From Acidimicrobiales bacterium (GTDB lineage: Bacteria; Actinomycetota; Acidimicrobiia; Acidimicrobiales; Aldehydirespiratoraceae), in the NCBI GenBank assembly GCA_021604885.1, contig BQJV01000001.1, positions 2,795-66,794 of the forward strand: a DNA stretch of 64,000 nt, written 5' to 3'. Below are positions 25,547 through 39,406 of the stretch, in pieces. The notes beneath the pieces are model-generated. The model was not told the origin of the DNA. It did not search any database and worked only from the letters and a program-made list of their open reading frames with translations. The position numbers and the translations under genes were made by a program. Each line of letters starts with the position of its first letter. The first letter of the stretch is position 1.

Positions 25547-25963
25547 ATGACGGATCCAGAAGGGCTGGCGAAGGTGATCAAGCTTCTTGTCGTGTCGACG
25601 GATCAACTCGTTCAGGAGGGGTTGGCGCAGCGAGTCAATGCCTACGTACACAGCGATCCGCCCGTCGAGGTCTTCATCGTCGCTTGCGGAGATCAAGCGG
25701 ACGCTCGCCTAACCGAGACCACGACTCGGCTCGAGTTGTTGGGGGTGGGGGTCAGCGGGGAGGTCGGCGGCTCCGATGTGACCGCAGCCGTGGACTCGGC
25801 GCTGTCACACTTCGGTGCGCATCGCATCTTGGTGTCGGCATCGCCCTCGCGCATCGCCCAGTGGTTCCACCGGGACCTCTCTCATCGGCTGCAGAACCGC
25901 ACGACGGCGATCGTGGAAACGATTGCGGAACCTGTCAGCGGACGCCCCGACAGCACCGACTGA
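25547..25963 (+). CDS. hypothetical protein (possibly universal-stress-protein-like fold)
   Basis: 138 aa with good GC3. It is the first gene after an AT-rich promoter-like stretch at 25500-25545. The family assignment is a weak impression only. Confidence 0.45.
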   Translation: MTDPEGLAKVIKLLVVSTDQLVQEGLAQRVNAYVHSDPPVEVFIVACGDQADARLTETTTRLELLGVGVSGEVGGSDVTAAVDSALSHFGAHRILVSASPSRIAQWFHRDLSHRLQNRTTAIVETIAEPVSGRPDSTD

Positions 25964-25993
25964 CCGCCGGATTCACCACTCCACACGAGGAAA

Positions 25994-29433
<3,440 letters not shown>

Positions 29434-29437
<4 letters not shown>

Positions 29438-31614
29438 ACCGGCTTGGACGGTGGTGCGCGCGTCATCGCTGGCTCGTGATCGGAACGTGGGTCGCAGTGT
29501 TGATCGTCGCGGTCGTTCTGGGGCGAAGCGTGGGCGGCGAGACGAGCTTGGTGTTCGAAGTACCCGGCGCCGAGTCCCAGCAAGCGTTCGATCTGTTGGA
29601 GGATCGATTTCCCCAGCGTTCCGGCGACACAACCGACATCGTGTTTGCCGCTGCGGATGTTCGCGCGCCCGACGTCACCCAGCAGGTAGGCGCGCTGATC
29701 GCCGCTCTCGCACTGCTGGATCATGTCGACTCGGTCAGCGACCCCTACGCCACCGACAGCAGGACGATCTCTCAGCAGGCCACCGTGGGCTTCGCGACGG
29801 TTCAGTTCGATCAACGCGGCACCGAACTTCCCGACGAGGTGATCGACGACCTCAAGGCTCTGGTCGCCGACGCAAACCGCGACGGGCTGCAGGTCGAGGC
29901 GGGGGGACGGGCGATCCAGTTCAGTGAGATCGAGGGGCCGGGCGGTCGCTCGGAACGAATCGGTCTTGCGGTCGCGGTCATCGTGTTGTTGGTGTCGTTC
30001 GGGTCGGTCGTCGCCATGGGCCTGCCGCTGATCACAGCGCTGTTCTCACTCGGTGTCGCGCTGTCGATCCTCGACGTGTTGGCCAACGCCATGGAGCTCT
30101 CCGACTTCGGTCCTCGGCTCGCGACTCTGGTCGGTCTCGGCGTCGGGATCGACTACGCCCTCTTCATCGTCTCCCGCTTCCGCGCCGCTCTGCATGAAGG
30201 CCTCGCCGTGGGCGACGCAGTCGGTCGAGCCATGGACACGTCCGGGCGTGCCGTCGTGTTCGCCGGGCTGACCGTCGTGATCTCACTCTCGGGAATGTTG
30301 TTGATGCGAGTTCCGATCGTGCAAGCCCTCGCGGTCGGAGTCGGCGTCGCCGTTGTCGTGGTACTCGCCGCAACGCTCACCCTGGTTCCGGCCACGCTGG
30401 GGCTGGTCGCGCACCGAATCGACTCGTGGCGCGTCCCGGGGCTGCATCGGGACGAGTCCGCGCATCGAAACTCGGGATGGTTCCGATGGAGCCGGATGGT
30501 TCAGCACCGCCCCTGGCCATTCGCCATCGTGGGCACGCTGCTGCTTGTCGCGTTGACGATTCCGGTCTTCTCGATGCGGCTCGGCAGCGCCGACGCGGGC
30601 AGCGACCCGATCTCCCAAACCTCGCGGCGGGCCTATGACCTGCTTGCCGAGGGGTTCGGTCCCGGATTCAACGGGCCGTTCCTCGTTGCTGCGGAACTTC
30701 CCGCCGGCGGAGATCTGACACCGCTCGAAACGACGATGGATGCCATCGCGGCTGAGCGTGGCGTCGCTGCCGTGTCGCCGATCACCGTGAACGCGGCCGG
30801 CGACACCGCGATCGCGTCGGTGTTCCCGACGACATCGCCCCAGGACGAAGCCACCCGCGAACTGCTCGACCGGTTGCGCTCTGGGGTCATCCCCAGCATC
30901 GACAGCAGCGGCTTGGTGGTCCACGTAGGTGGGGTGACCGCCGTCTTCGAGGACCTCGGCACGACACTCGCCGACCGGCTGCCGGTGTTCATCGCCGCCG
31001 TGATCGGCCTGTCGTTCCTGTTGTTGATGGTGGTGTTTCGATCGATCGTCATCCCCATCAAAGCCGCAGTCATGAACCTGCTGTCGATCGGCGCCGCCTA
31101 TGGAGTGATGGTCGCGATCTTCCAGTGGGGGTGGGGCAAGGATCTGATCGGTCTCGACGCCACCGGCCCGATCCAGTCGTTCATCCCGATGCTGTTGTTC
31201 GCGGTGCTGTTCGGGCTCTCGATGGACTACGAAGTCTTCCTCCTGTCGCGGATCCGTGAGGAGTATGTTCGCAGCGGCGACAACGCCACCGCCGTTGCCG
31301 ACGGCCTCGCCGCCACCGCACGGGTCATCACTGCCGCAGCCGCGATCATGGTCGCCGTCTTCGGATCGGCAGCCCTCGCTGAGGATCGCACCACGAAGCT
31401 GTTCGGCATCGGCCTGGCGACCGCCATCTTCTTCGACGCCACCCTGGTCAGATCCCTTCTCGTGCCCGCCACGATGGAACTGATGGGCAAAGCCAACTGG
31501 TGGTACCCGTCGTGGCTCGATCGGCTCACCCCCCAGATCAACATCGAAGGCGCTGTCCACCAGGATCCCGAGCTCAGCTCTGTCGACCCACCTGAACCGG
31601 AGCTGGTGTCATGA
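29434..31614 (+). CDS. MMPL-family (RND superfamily) membrane transporter
   Basis: 726 aa with two repeats, each of a TM bundle plus a periplasmic domain. ..GIDYALFIVSRFR.. and ..SMDYEVFLLSRIREE.. are the MMPL hallmark pair. Confidence 0.9.
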
Positions 31615-32501
31615 CCCCTGAACCCATCCGGCTGAGCGGCGGCGGCCTCGAACTGGCCGCTGATTTGTGGGGCGACCCTGACGACCCTCCGGTGGTGTTT
31701 CTGCACGGGGCCGGTCAGAGCCGCCGGGCCTGGGACGAGGCCGCCCGCGCGGTCGTCCGCGCCGGCTGGCACGCCGTGACTGTGGATCACCGCGGTCACG
31801 GTGACAGTGACTGGCCCGTTGAGTCTTCCTATGACTGGGACCACTTCGGCGACGACGTCGAAGCACTGATCGACCGGTTCTCCCGCCCTCCCGTGGTAGT
31901 GGGTGCATCGCTCGGCGGAATGTCAGCCCTGATCGCTCAGGGACGCTCAGTCACCCAGCTCTACCGCGCGTTGGTACTCGTCGACGTGACGCCGCGCATG
32001 GAACTCGACGGCGTGAAACGCATCGTCGGGTTCATGGCCGCGCATCCCGAAGGCTTCGACACCCTTGATGACGCCTCGCAGGTCATCGCCGACTACACCG
32101 GTCGTCCCAAACCAGACTCCCCCGACGGGCTGCGCCAGGTCCTGCGCCATGGACCGGACGATCGCTGGCGTTGGCATTGGGACATCAGATTCCTCGAAGG
32201 TCGAGCCGACGAGATCCTCAGCTCACAGGAAGGGACCGAACGGAGCGACGCGATCCGAGCGATGCTGCTCGACGCCGCTGCCCGGGTGCGGGTCCCGACC
32301 CTGGTCGTGCGGGGCGCACAAAGCGACATGGTTTCGCCCGAAGCCGTACGCGAGTTCGTCGACATCGTTCCGGGCTCGCGGTTCGTCGACGTCGCGGACG
32401 CCGGTCACATGGTCGCCGGCGACCAGAACGACCACTTCGTCGATGCAGTCCTCGAATTCCTTTCCGGCCTCAGCCCCGACACGAAAGCCGAGCGCCCATG
32501 A
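31611..32501 (+). CDS. alpha/beta-fold hydrolase
   Basis: ..VVFLHGAGQSRRAWD.. and nucleophile elbow VVGASLGG (GxSxG). A late HMVAGDQ supplies the catalytic His. Confidence 0.85.
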   Translation: MTPEPIRLSGGGLELAADLWGDPDDPPVVFLHGAGQSRRAWDEAARAVVRAGWHAVTVDHRGHGDSDWPVESSYDWDHFGDDVEALIDRFSRPPVVVGASLGGMSALIAQGRSVTQLYRALVLVDVTPRMELDGVKRIVGFMAAHPEGFDTLDDASQVIADYTGRPKPDSPDGLRQVLRHGPDDRWRWHWDIRFLEGRADEILSSQEGTERSDAIRAMLLDAAARVRVPTLVVRGAQSDMVSPEAVREFVDIVPGSRFVDVADAGHMVAGDQNDHFVDAVLEFLSGLSPDTKAERP

Positions 32502-33217
32502 CCGCCTCTTCTCTGGATGCCTCCGCCGACGATCATCCCGATCTCCCCGCCCGCATCGGAGCCGCAGCCGCCATGCGGCGTCTCTCTCATGCCATCGTGT
32601 CGCACCGCGTGGACATCTCGGACCTGCACCGGATCGCTGCAGCCGCCGACGAACTCTCTTCCCAGATCGAGGCGCAGCCCGCGAGAGGTCGTCTCGACGA
32701 GATGATGGCCAGTCCGCGCTTCGCGGCCGCGCTGGACAGCGGCTCACTGGGACAGGCCGTCGAGGACGGCGCGTTCGTCGATCTGTTCCACGACTCGCCG
32801 GTGTCGGGATCGGCGAACCCGCTCGGCATGGGTCTCCGGATCAGCCGTGACGGTGACGAGGCAGTGGGCACGATCGTTCTTGGCCCCGGATGGGAAGGCG
32901 CCCCCGGGCGTGGGCACGGCGGCATCGTCGCGGCCTGCGTCGACGAGACCATCGGTGGGCTTCTGCCGATCATCGGCACCATGGCATTCACCGGCGAGCT
33001 CACCCTGAGATACCGGGCGCCGTGCCCACTCGCCACACCGCTCGAATTCAGAGCTCGCCTGAACCGACGGGACGGCCGAAAGCTCTACATCGAGTGCACC
33101 GGCACAAGCCCCGAAGGTCTCTTCGTCGAATCCACCGCGCTGTTCATCGCCGTCCAACTCGACCAACTCGCAGCCCTCATCGACCAACCCCCTATCGAAA
33201 AGGACACCCGACCGTGA
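32498..33217 (+). CDS. hotdog-fold (PaaI-like) thioesterase
   Basis: ATG at 32498 (ATGA overlap). ..GPGWEGAPGRGHGGIVAACVDETIGGLL.. is the typical PaaI/DUF4442-type active-site stretch. Confidence 0.7.
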   Translation: MTASSLDASADDHPDLPARIGAAAAMRRLSHAIVSHRVDISDLHRIAAAADELSSQIEAQPARGRLDEMMASPRFAAALDSGSLGQAVEDGAFVDLFHDSPVSGSANPLGMGLRISRDGDEAVGTIVLGPGWEGAPGRGHGGIVAACVDETIGGLLPIIGTMAFTGELTLRYRAPCPLATPLEFRARLNRRDGRKLYIECTGTSPEGLFVESTALFIAVQLDQLAALIDQPPIEKDTRP

Positions 33218-34425
33218 GCACGCCCGACGAACTCATCCTCGAGATCATGACCACGCCGGAGGGGCGTAGAAACCCCTACCCGCTGTACGCCCAACTCCAA
33301 GAACAAGCGCCCATCGCCCGGAGTGAACTCGCCGACATCTGGTTTCTCGCCCGGTACGACGACTGCCACAACGTGCTCCGAGACCCACGCTTCGGCAAGA
33401 GCGACCCCGACAAGCCCATGACGTTGCTCCCGGGCGGTGCTCCCCGCAGTCGCCTGAAGTTCGCACGCGACAGCATGCTGCTGCTCAACCCGCCGGACCA
33501 TACGAGACTGCGAGGGCTCGTCGCTCGCGAGTTCACTCCTCGCCGCGTCGAACGCCTACGCGACAACGTCGAGACAATGTGCGACGACATCCTCGATGCC
33601 ATCGCCGAAGCCGGCGAAGTCGATCTCATGGACACCCTTGCGTTCCCGCTGCCGGTACGCGTGATAGGCGAACTTCTCGGCGTGCCCGAGGACGAACGCG
33701 ACGCCTTTCGCCCGCTCACCCTCGCCGCGGCGAAGTCGATCGAGCCCGACGTCACCGAAGAAGAGATGGTTACCGCCAACGCAGCAGGACAGCAACAAGC
33801 CGACTACTTCACCGACCTCATCGCTCGCCGTCAGGAGGACCCCGGCGACGATCTCCTCAGCGCCCTCATCGAACTCCGCGATGGCGGCGACCGGCTGTCT
33901 CAATCGGAGCTCATCGCGACCGCGATCCTCATCTTCGCCGCAGGGTTCGAGACCACGACCAATCTCATCGGCAACACCGTCAACACCCTGCTTCGTCGAC
34001 CCGACCAGCTCGCCAAACTCCGGCAAGACCCCGAACTCATCCCGTCGGCCATCGATGAGGTCCTGAGATTCGAGTCACCGGTGCAACTCGACCTCAGGGT
34101 TGCCTTCGAAGACGTCCAGCTCCATTCCCACACGATCAGGGAGGGCGACGCAGTCATCACTCTTCTCGCCGCCGCGAACCGCGACCCGTCGAAGATCGAC
34201 CATCCGAACGAATTCGACATCACCCGCAGCCAGATACCGCTCATGAGCTTTGCCACCGGCATCCACTACTGCCTCGGCGCGAACCTCGCCCGCATGGAAG
34301 GCCAAGCCGTTCTCAACAAGCTCCTGAACCGCTTCAACACGATCGAACTCCTCGACACCGAACCCGCCTGGCGAGACCGACTCACGCTGCGCGGCCTCGA
34401 CCAACTCAACGTCGCCGTCGGCTGA
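33214..34425 (+). CDS. cytochrome P450 (second copy)
   Basis: GTG at 33214 (GTGA overlap). ..ILIFAAGFETTTN.., ..EVLRFESP.. and ..[15 protein letters not shown]... Confidence 0.9.
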   Translation: MSTPDELILEIMTTPEGRRNPYPLYAQLQEQAPIARSELADIWFLARYDDCHNVLRDPRFGKSDPDKPMTLLPGGAPRSRLKFARDSMLLLNPPDHTRLRGLVAREFTPRRVERLRDNVETMCDDILDAIAEAGEVDLMDTLAFPLPVRVIGELLGVPEDERDAFRPLTLAAAKSIEPDVTEEEMVTANAAGQQQADYFTDLIARRQEDPGDDLLSALIELRDGGDRLSQSELIATAILIFAAGFETTTNLIGNTVNTLLRRPDQLAKLRQDPELIPSAIDEVLRFESPVQLDLRVAFEDVQLHSHTIREGDAVITLLAAANRDPSKIDHPNEFDITRSQIPLMSFATGIHYCLGANLARMEGQAVLNKLLNRFNTIELLDTEPAWRDRLTLRGLDQLNVAVG

Positions 34426-34464
34426 GCGTCCGTCCGACCACCAACAGCTCTCTCCGCTCACTCG

Positions 34465-34616
34465 TGTACTTGTTCACATGGCTCTTGCCATCGGCAACCG
34501 GTCGCAGGCGTTCGTAGAAGCGGGCCGGGTCACACGGGAAGGCGTCCCAACCGAAACGGGCCCCTGCTGCGAACCGGATTCGGGGCGTGTTGGGCATCGG
34601 TTCGGTCTCGACGCGC
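34465..34616. repeat. right copy of ~151-bp imperfect direct repeat, containing a 5' fragment of a gene-X homologue
   Basis: Encodes MPNTPRIRFAAGARFGWDAFPCDPARFYERLRPVADGKSHVNKY (ATG at 34597, minus strand). The fragment is then cut off against the 3' end of the P450 gene. Confidence 0.8.
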
Positions 34617-34970
34617 CATTCCGATCGGCACCCGGCCGGCGACCTGGTCCCGAGCGCGCTTGACGACACGTGTGTCGGCGAAGTCGTCGGGGCCGGGAAG
34701 GTCTCGACGGTTGACCTCGGCCAGACGCTGTATGAGATCGTCGAGATGGTTGAGCTTCGCCTCGCCGTCACGTCCCGACCCGTACCCGGGTGATCGGGTC
34801 GTATCGATGAAGACCTCCCGGAGACCGTCGGGATCGTCGTCGTGGTCGAGTTCGATCACGATGCAATACCAGAGATCCCACAACGACCACTCCCGCCTGA
34901 ACCGTTCCTTCCAAACCTCGGCACCGAATCGAGCCGGCTGCCACGGTTCTTGCTCACCATGGCGTGTCAT
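34530..34970 (-). CDS. hypothetical protein
   Basis: MTRHGEQEPWQPARFGAEVWKERFRREWSLWDLWYCIVIELDHDDDPDGLREVFIDTT... Codon bias is good. The 3' end overlaps the gene-X fragment, so the true stop is uncertain. Confidence 0.45.
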   Translation of the reverse strand: MTRHGEQEPWQPARFGAEVWKERFRREWSLWDLWYCIVIELDHDDDPDGLREVFIDTTRSPGYGSGRDGEAKLNHLDDLIQRLAEVNRRDLPGPDDFADTRVVKRARDQVAGRVPIGMARRDRTDAQHAPNPVRSRGPFRLGRLPV

Positions 34971-35475
34971 TCGGACCGGCAGCAACATGACGCAGGTAGC
35001 CGAGTGCTGCTGCCTGACCGGCATCGGTGAGCGAGATCCGGCGGTTGCCCCAGTCGCCGGACGTCACGGTGAGTGCCCAGGCGTCCCAGACATGTCGGGC
35101 GTCGATGAAGGTCCAGGACACGTCGCGCAGCGGCGGGGGTCCGCTGATTCCGTCGCGGGTGATCTGCCAGCCCATCTCGATTGCGCAGTTGCGGATGAAG
35201 ACCGGTGCCGCGTTGTCCGAGATCGGTTCGGTCTGGGCGAGGAAGAAGAGCAGGCCGGTCTCGGCGACGAATCTCTCCCACTCGTCGCCGCCCACGAGCT
35301 TCCTGGTCAACGCCCGCCAGGCTCCCGCAGGATCGGTGGCGATCTCCCGGCCGAACGGTGTTCTGCGCAGGCTCGCCTTGTGTTTGCGGACCGCGCCGAT
35401 TCGTTGCAGCCACTCTCGAAGGTCGAGTAGCACCCGGTCATCGAGTTCGTTCTTGACCGGCCGATCGAGCGGCAA
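34954..35475 (-). CDS. hypothetical protein
   Basis: 173 aa of non-repetitive sequence with good GC3. I recognise no family. Confidence 0.5.
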   Translation of the reverse strand: MPLDRPVKNELDDRVLLDLREWLQRIGAVRKHKASLRRTPFGREIATDPAGAWRALTRKLVGGDEWERFVAETGLLFFLAQTEPISDNAAPVFIRNCAIEMGWQITRDGISGPPPLRDVSWTFIDARHVWDAWALTVTSGDWGNRRISLTDAGQAAALGYLRHVAAGPNDTPW

Positions 35476-35525
35476 CGGGTCCTGCCACGGGCGGTCGGCC
35501 TGGAGCGACTGGACGAAGGCAGGCT

Positions 35526-36374
35526 TCAGTAGCCGGCCTGGGTCAACGGCTGCTCATCACCCCACCGCTCCAACAGCCACACCAACGGGCGAACCGCTGC
35601 GTCCGCCTCAGGGGGTTGCTCAACGGGATGCAGAAGCCGGTACGCGATCTGTGCTCGAGCCTCGAAGAGCTTGGGGCTGCGGCGCTCGGCAGCAGACACC
35701 CACGCTTCGATGCGCTCGGTCACGATCGCCGTGCGCCACGACTGACCGGGGATCACCGGGTGGTCGCCCTCGAGGACGGCGGCGCACACCCGCGCCTGAA
35801 CGCCACGCCAACCCTTGGCCCCGACCGTCATCTCCCCGGTGTTTATCGCGTCCTCCAACGCGGTCTCGACCGCTGACCGGGCCTGAGCATCTTCGGACCG
35901 CATCACCGACGACCACGCGAAGTCGTCGAGATCAGGCGGGTCGATACCGGATCGCTCGATCGCCTTCCTCAGCGCCGACCGGCCGGCCGCATCCGATCGG
36001 TCGAACGCCTCATGGACCTTGGCGGTCTCCTCCGACCGACAGATCGCCGCATACCCGTCGAGTCCGAGCTCATCGAAGAGCACGGCTGCCGTTTCGGCGA
36101 ACCGACCCATGTAGCCGACCTCATCAGTCAGATACTTCGTCGGCACCACGTACCAGAGCCACTCCTGCAGCCCCGACTGACGGATCACGCCCGGACCCTC
36201 GCCCCACGTCAACGAATCAACGACATGCTCCGCCTCAGCCGCAACGTCGCCATCACTCGCTCGAATACGCTCGATGGCCGCAGCGACATCACCCTCGGTC
36301 AACTCCGCAGGACGGCAGCGATTGCGCACAGGCTCCGACACCAACCCAGTCTGCCAGCCAAGCCCGGCGAGCAT
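35526..36374 (-). CDS. hypothetical protein
   Basis: Uses an internal ATG (MLAGLGWQTGLVSEPVRN..). The longer ORF-track start would run into the integrase gene. I recognise no family. Confidence 0.5.
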   Translation of the reverse strand: MLAGLGWQTGLVSEPVRNRCRPAELTEGDVAAAIERIRASDGDVAAEAEHVVDSLTWGEGPGVIRQSGLQEWLWYVVPTKYLTDEVGYMGRFAETAAVLFDELGLDGYAAICRSEETAKVHEAFDRSDAAGRSALRKAIERSGIDPPDLDDFAWSSVMRSEDAQARSAVETALEDAINTGEMTVGAKGWRGVQARVCAAVLEGDHPVIPGQSWRTAIVTERIEAWVSAAERRSPKLFEARAQIAYRLLHPVEQPPEADAAVRPLVWLLERWGDEQPLTQAGY

Positions 36375-36413
36375 CCTCTTCGGGTTGGCGACCCGACGAG
36401 CCGATGGGTGGCG

Positions 36414-37532
36414 ATGTCCTACATCGTGCACCGCAACCACCGCTTCTACGTCGTCGCCTACACCGGCCACGACCCCATCAGCGGCAGCGAACGCCGACGC
36501 TGGCACCCCGCCGGCACATCACGATCCGATGCCGAAGCGATCCGTAGCCGCATCGACGCCGCCCGACCAGCCGCCGCGTGTCCCTCGACGGTGGCCGGGT
36601 TCCTCACCGACGTGTGGCTCCCCTCGAAAGGCGACCTGACCCATCCGACCCGGAACCGGTACCGGTGGATGATCGACCGCTACATCAACCCCCGCATCGG
36701 CCAGCAGCGACTCGACCGGCTCCGACCCGCCGACCTCGACGCCACCTACACCGACCTCTCCGTTCGTGGCGGCAAGAACGGGCAGGCCCTGTCACGCAAG
36801 ACCGTGCTCGAAGTCCACCGGGTACTCGCCAACGCGCTCGACCTCGCCATCGACCGAGAACTCCTCGACACCAACCCCGCCCACCGGGCACGGCCACCGA
36901 GGCCCGACACCCGCTCCACCATCCCCGCCATCTGGACTGCATCCCAGCTCGCCAGCTACCTCGACATCGTCAGGCGCCATCGACTGTTCCCGGCGCTGCA
37001 CCTCGTCGCCCACACCGGACTCCGCCGCGGTGAGCTCGCCGGCCTCAACTGGGGCGACCTCGACACCCACGCCGCCACCGTGTCAATCGCTCGCACCCGC
37101 CAAGTGACCGGCGGCCGCACCATCGAAGCCCCCGTGAAGACGAGAACGAGCCGGCGCCGCGTCGACCTCGACACCGGCACGCTCGACGTGCTCAAACACT
37201 GGCGACAACGCCTTGTCGAAGAGGGCGCACAGATCCACCCGGCGACAGCGATGTTCCTCAACCAGCGCCACATCGCGGTGTCACCCGAATCGATCAGCCA
37301 GCTGTTCAACCGCACCGTCGCCAAGACCGACCTTCCACGGATCCGGTTCCACGACCTGCGCCACACCCACGCGTCGCTGCTCGTCGCCGCCGGTGTCCCG
37401 ATCAAGGTCGTCTCCGAACGACTCGGCCACGCCCACCCCGGGTTCACGATGCACACCTACCAACACCTGCTACCCGGCATGGGCGCCGCGGCCGCCGCCG
37501 CGTTCGCTGACCTCATCACCACCAGCCGGTAG
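36414..37532 (+). CDS. tyrosine-type site-specific integrase (element B)
   Basis: MSYIVHRNHRFYVVAYTGHDPISGSERRRWHPAG.. then ..HTGLRRGELAGLNW.., ..IRFHDLRHTHASLLV.. and ..LGHAHPGFTMHTYQHL. The ORF-track start (36012) is an antisense artefact over the neighbouring gene. Confidence 0.92.
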   Translation: MSYIVHRNHRFYVVAYTGHDPISGSERRRWHPAGTSRSDAEAIRSRIDAARPAAACPSTVAGFLTDVWLPSKGDLTHPTRNRYRWMIDRYINPRIGQQRLDRLRPADLDATYTDLSVRGGKNGQALSRKTVLEVHRVLANALDLAIDRELLDTNPAHRARPPRPDTRSTIPAIWTASQLASYLDIVRRHRLFPALHLVAHTGLRRGELAGLNWGDLDTHAATVSIARTRQVTGGRTIEAPVKTRTSRRRVDLDTGTLDVLKHWRQRLVEEGAQIHPATAMFLNQRHIAVSPESISQLFNRTVAKTDLPRIRFHDLRHTHASLLVAAGVPIKVVSERLGHAHPGFTMHTYQHLLPGMGAAAAAAFADLITTSR

Positions 37533-37609
37533 ACATCTACCGTCCCCAGCCTCGCAAACACGCAGGTCACAGGCCTACGCGGTCGAGCGTCGGTAGATGA
37601 CACGGTAGA
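37527..37609. repeat. four CGGTAGA motifs between the integrase stop and att copy 3 (candidate arm-type sites)
   Basis: CGGTAGA-CA-TCTACCG forms a perfect inverted pair at 37527-37542, spanning the TAG stop. CGGTAGATGACACGGTAGAC forms a direct pair at 37591-37610. Confidence 0.45.
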
Positions 37610-37670
37610 CGCCCACCTCGACCAGACAACGACAAAGGCCCGGAAACCGCTGGTTTCCGGGCCTTCTGAG

Positions 37671-37715
37671 TGGTGGCGGGGGCAGGATTTGAACCTGCGA
37701 CCTTCGGGTTATGAG
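37671..37715 (-). repeat. att core copy 3: 3' half of tRNA-Met(CAT)
   Basis: Identical 45-mer, preceded by the hairpin at 37635-37665. The right flank (CGTTGAGAC..) does not form a tRNA 5' half. Confidence 0.85.
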
Positions 37716-37867
37716 CGTTGAGACAGATTCTCGTATCGGGCGCCTGACCTGCAAGAACGGGCGTTTGCCCAGCTCCGCGGCCGTTTCGAGCGGTGTCGGT
37801 GTTCCCCGCTGCAACCCGCCGTTCCCTCCTGTTTACGTCTGTCCCGTGAGTTTTCTGTGAGCTTTTC

Positions 37868-38172
37868 TCACGCCAACTGAACAGCGTCAGTCGACAGCAC
37901 GAGATGCCGATCCAACGCTGTGGCCACTCGGGCGAGGGTATCGATCCGGTTCTTCGCGTCACCGCCCTCCTCCAGACGCGAGATCATCGATGCGTTGTTC
38001 CCATCCGCTCAGCCAGCTCCCGCTGACTCAACCCTGCCTCGGTCCGCAGGTCGTAGATGAGCTGTCCGAGGTCGAGATCGAATCGAGCAGCCGGTGACGC
38101 TGTTGGCTGTTCGCTTCGGCCATGCCGCAGTTCGCTCCACGAAGTGTGTCCGGGCAGTACGGCCATGGTCAT
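37868..38172 (-). pseudogene. frameshifted XRE antitoxin homologue (paralogue of 23978..24298)
   Basis: ORF 37984..38172 gives ..LGQLIYDLRTEAGLSQRELAERMGTTHR and stops. After a 1-nt deletion relative to the 24-kb copy, another frame continues ..ISRLEEGGG..IDTLARVATALDRHLVLSTDAVQLA to a TGA at 37868. Confidence 0.65.
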
Positions 38173-38570
38173 GCCGGTTCGGGCTCGACTGTGTCGCCGA
38201 TTCCGACCTCGACTTCGTCGTCGTTGTAGACCGCGGTGATCTTCAGTTTGCCGCCGGTCGCTTCGATGAACCGGGCCAACGTCGCAAGGTGCAGATTCTC
38301 TCGCCGTTCCAGACGCGACACCTCGCCTTGAGTCATGCCCAGCTCCTCGGTCAGCTGTGCCTGGGTGAGCCCACGCGCCTTACGGAGCGCCGCCAGGGTG
38401 TCAACCCTGCGTGCGAGAGCCGCCGTCTTGGCCTCAACCATGCCAGCGACATTGGGGTCGGCCAGAGCAGCGTCTCGAGTGGCCTTGACTCGGTCGGTTG
38501 CGGTTGCGAAGTCTTCGTCGGTGAAGTCTTCGTCGGCGTCGGGAACCATCGGTGGTTTCGTAGCAGTCAT
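38169..38570 (-). CDS. XRE-family HTH antitoxin
   Basis: ..LRKARGLTQAQLTEELGMTQGEVSRLERRENLHLATLARFIEATGGKL... ATGA overlaps on both sides. Confidence 0.8.
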   Translation of the reverse strand: MTATKPPMVPDADEDFTDEDFATATDRVKATRDAALADPNVAGMVEAKTAALARRVDTLAALRKARGLTQAQLTEELGMTQGEVSRLERRENLHLATLARFIEATGGKLKITAVYNDDEVEVGIGDTVEPEPA

Positions 38571-39037
38571 CGTGTCCTCCTGATTGTCGCCTTGTGGTCG
38601 GGGTGGGTCCGTTCCCAGTCGGTGACCATGCTTGCGTTGTCGATCTTGTTGACAACTGCGGGATACCAGTCGTTGCCCGAAGTCGTCTTGTCACCCACCA
38701 GCATCACGACCGCAACCTCGTCGCCCGTGGCCTGGTCGATGAACCAGACGTACGGGATCCGCAGGACCGGCGGCGAGTCGGCATACGGCGTGGCCGTCGT
38801 CGGCGGAGTTCGCCGCAAGGCGAAGGTGCGATAGCGAGAAGTGACAATGGGATGGCTGATTGCGTCGGGGTGATGATTGTCCTCCTCAACGTCGTGACCG
38901 AACTCTTCGAGCGCGTTAAGCAACGCTGTCACGTCGCCGAACAACTCGAGATGCGTATCGGAATCCGAAGCGAGCCCAGCCAGCTGTTCGTATTGACTCG
39001 CGAACATTGGGTGGAACTCGACCCGGACAGGCGACAC
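38567..39037 (-). CDS. toxin-like protein of a type II TA pair (RelE/HigB-like core)
   Basis: ..LRIPYVWFIDQATGDEVAVVMLVGDKTTSGNDWYPAVVNKIDNA.. resembles HigB/Gp49-type toxins. It lies upstream of an XRE gene and is coupled to it. GTG start. Confidence 0.6.
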   Translation of the reverse strand: MSPVRVEFHPMFASQYEQLAGLASDSDTHLELFGDVTALLNALEEFGHDVEEDNHHPDAISHPIVTSRYRTFALRRTPPTTATPYADSPPVLRIPYVWFIDQATGDEVAVVMLVGDKTTSGNDWYPAVVNKIDNASMVTDWERTHPDHKATIRRTR

Positions 39038-39043
39038 TCTACA

Positions 39044-39082
39044 AACATAACGTCGACTACATTATGCTGTCAAGGTTATGTT
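39044..39082. promoter_or_regulatory. AT-rich inverted repeat upstream of the TA operon (candidate operator/promoter)
   Basis: AACATAAC-N23-GTTATGTT sits in the only AT-rich patch of this region, starting 7 bp upstream of the toxin GTG. Confidence 0.45.
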
Positions 39083-39406
39083 GGGATCGGGAGGTGGGGT
39101 TCCGCCCGGCGCTGTGCCGCCCTTCGGCCTCGAACACGACCCGCGCCCGCAACTCCGCCGCCCCCGAACACCGCCCGGACGGTATGGGCGCCAATCAACC
39201 GCCCGACCCCAGCAGCGGCAGAAGTGCCGAACCCGGACGGGTCGGCCGGTGCCGGTGGCGTGAGCGATATGCGTGCCACGCGCGATGCGACCGGTCATGG
39301 CGGTCGGTGGCGATGGTTCGATGCGGCCTGTTTGCCCGGCGCCGGCCAATGTGCCGAGTCTTTGACGTCGATGCCGGCGTCGGGCACCGTCATCGGCGCT
39401 CGAGCG

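Noticed and set aside
39083-39406. ORFs in the 39.1-39.4-kb gap (39062..39349, 39076..39279, 39078..39263)
   Set aside because: All are short with Arg/Gly/Pro-rich low-complexity translations. The region looks like a degenerate intergenic or decayed segment.
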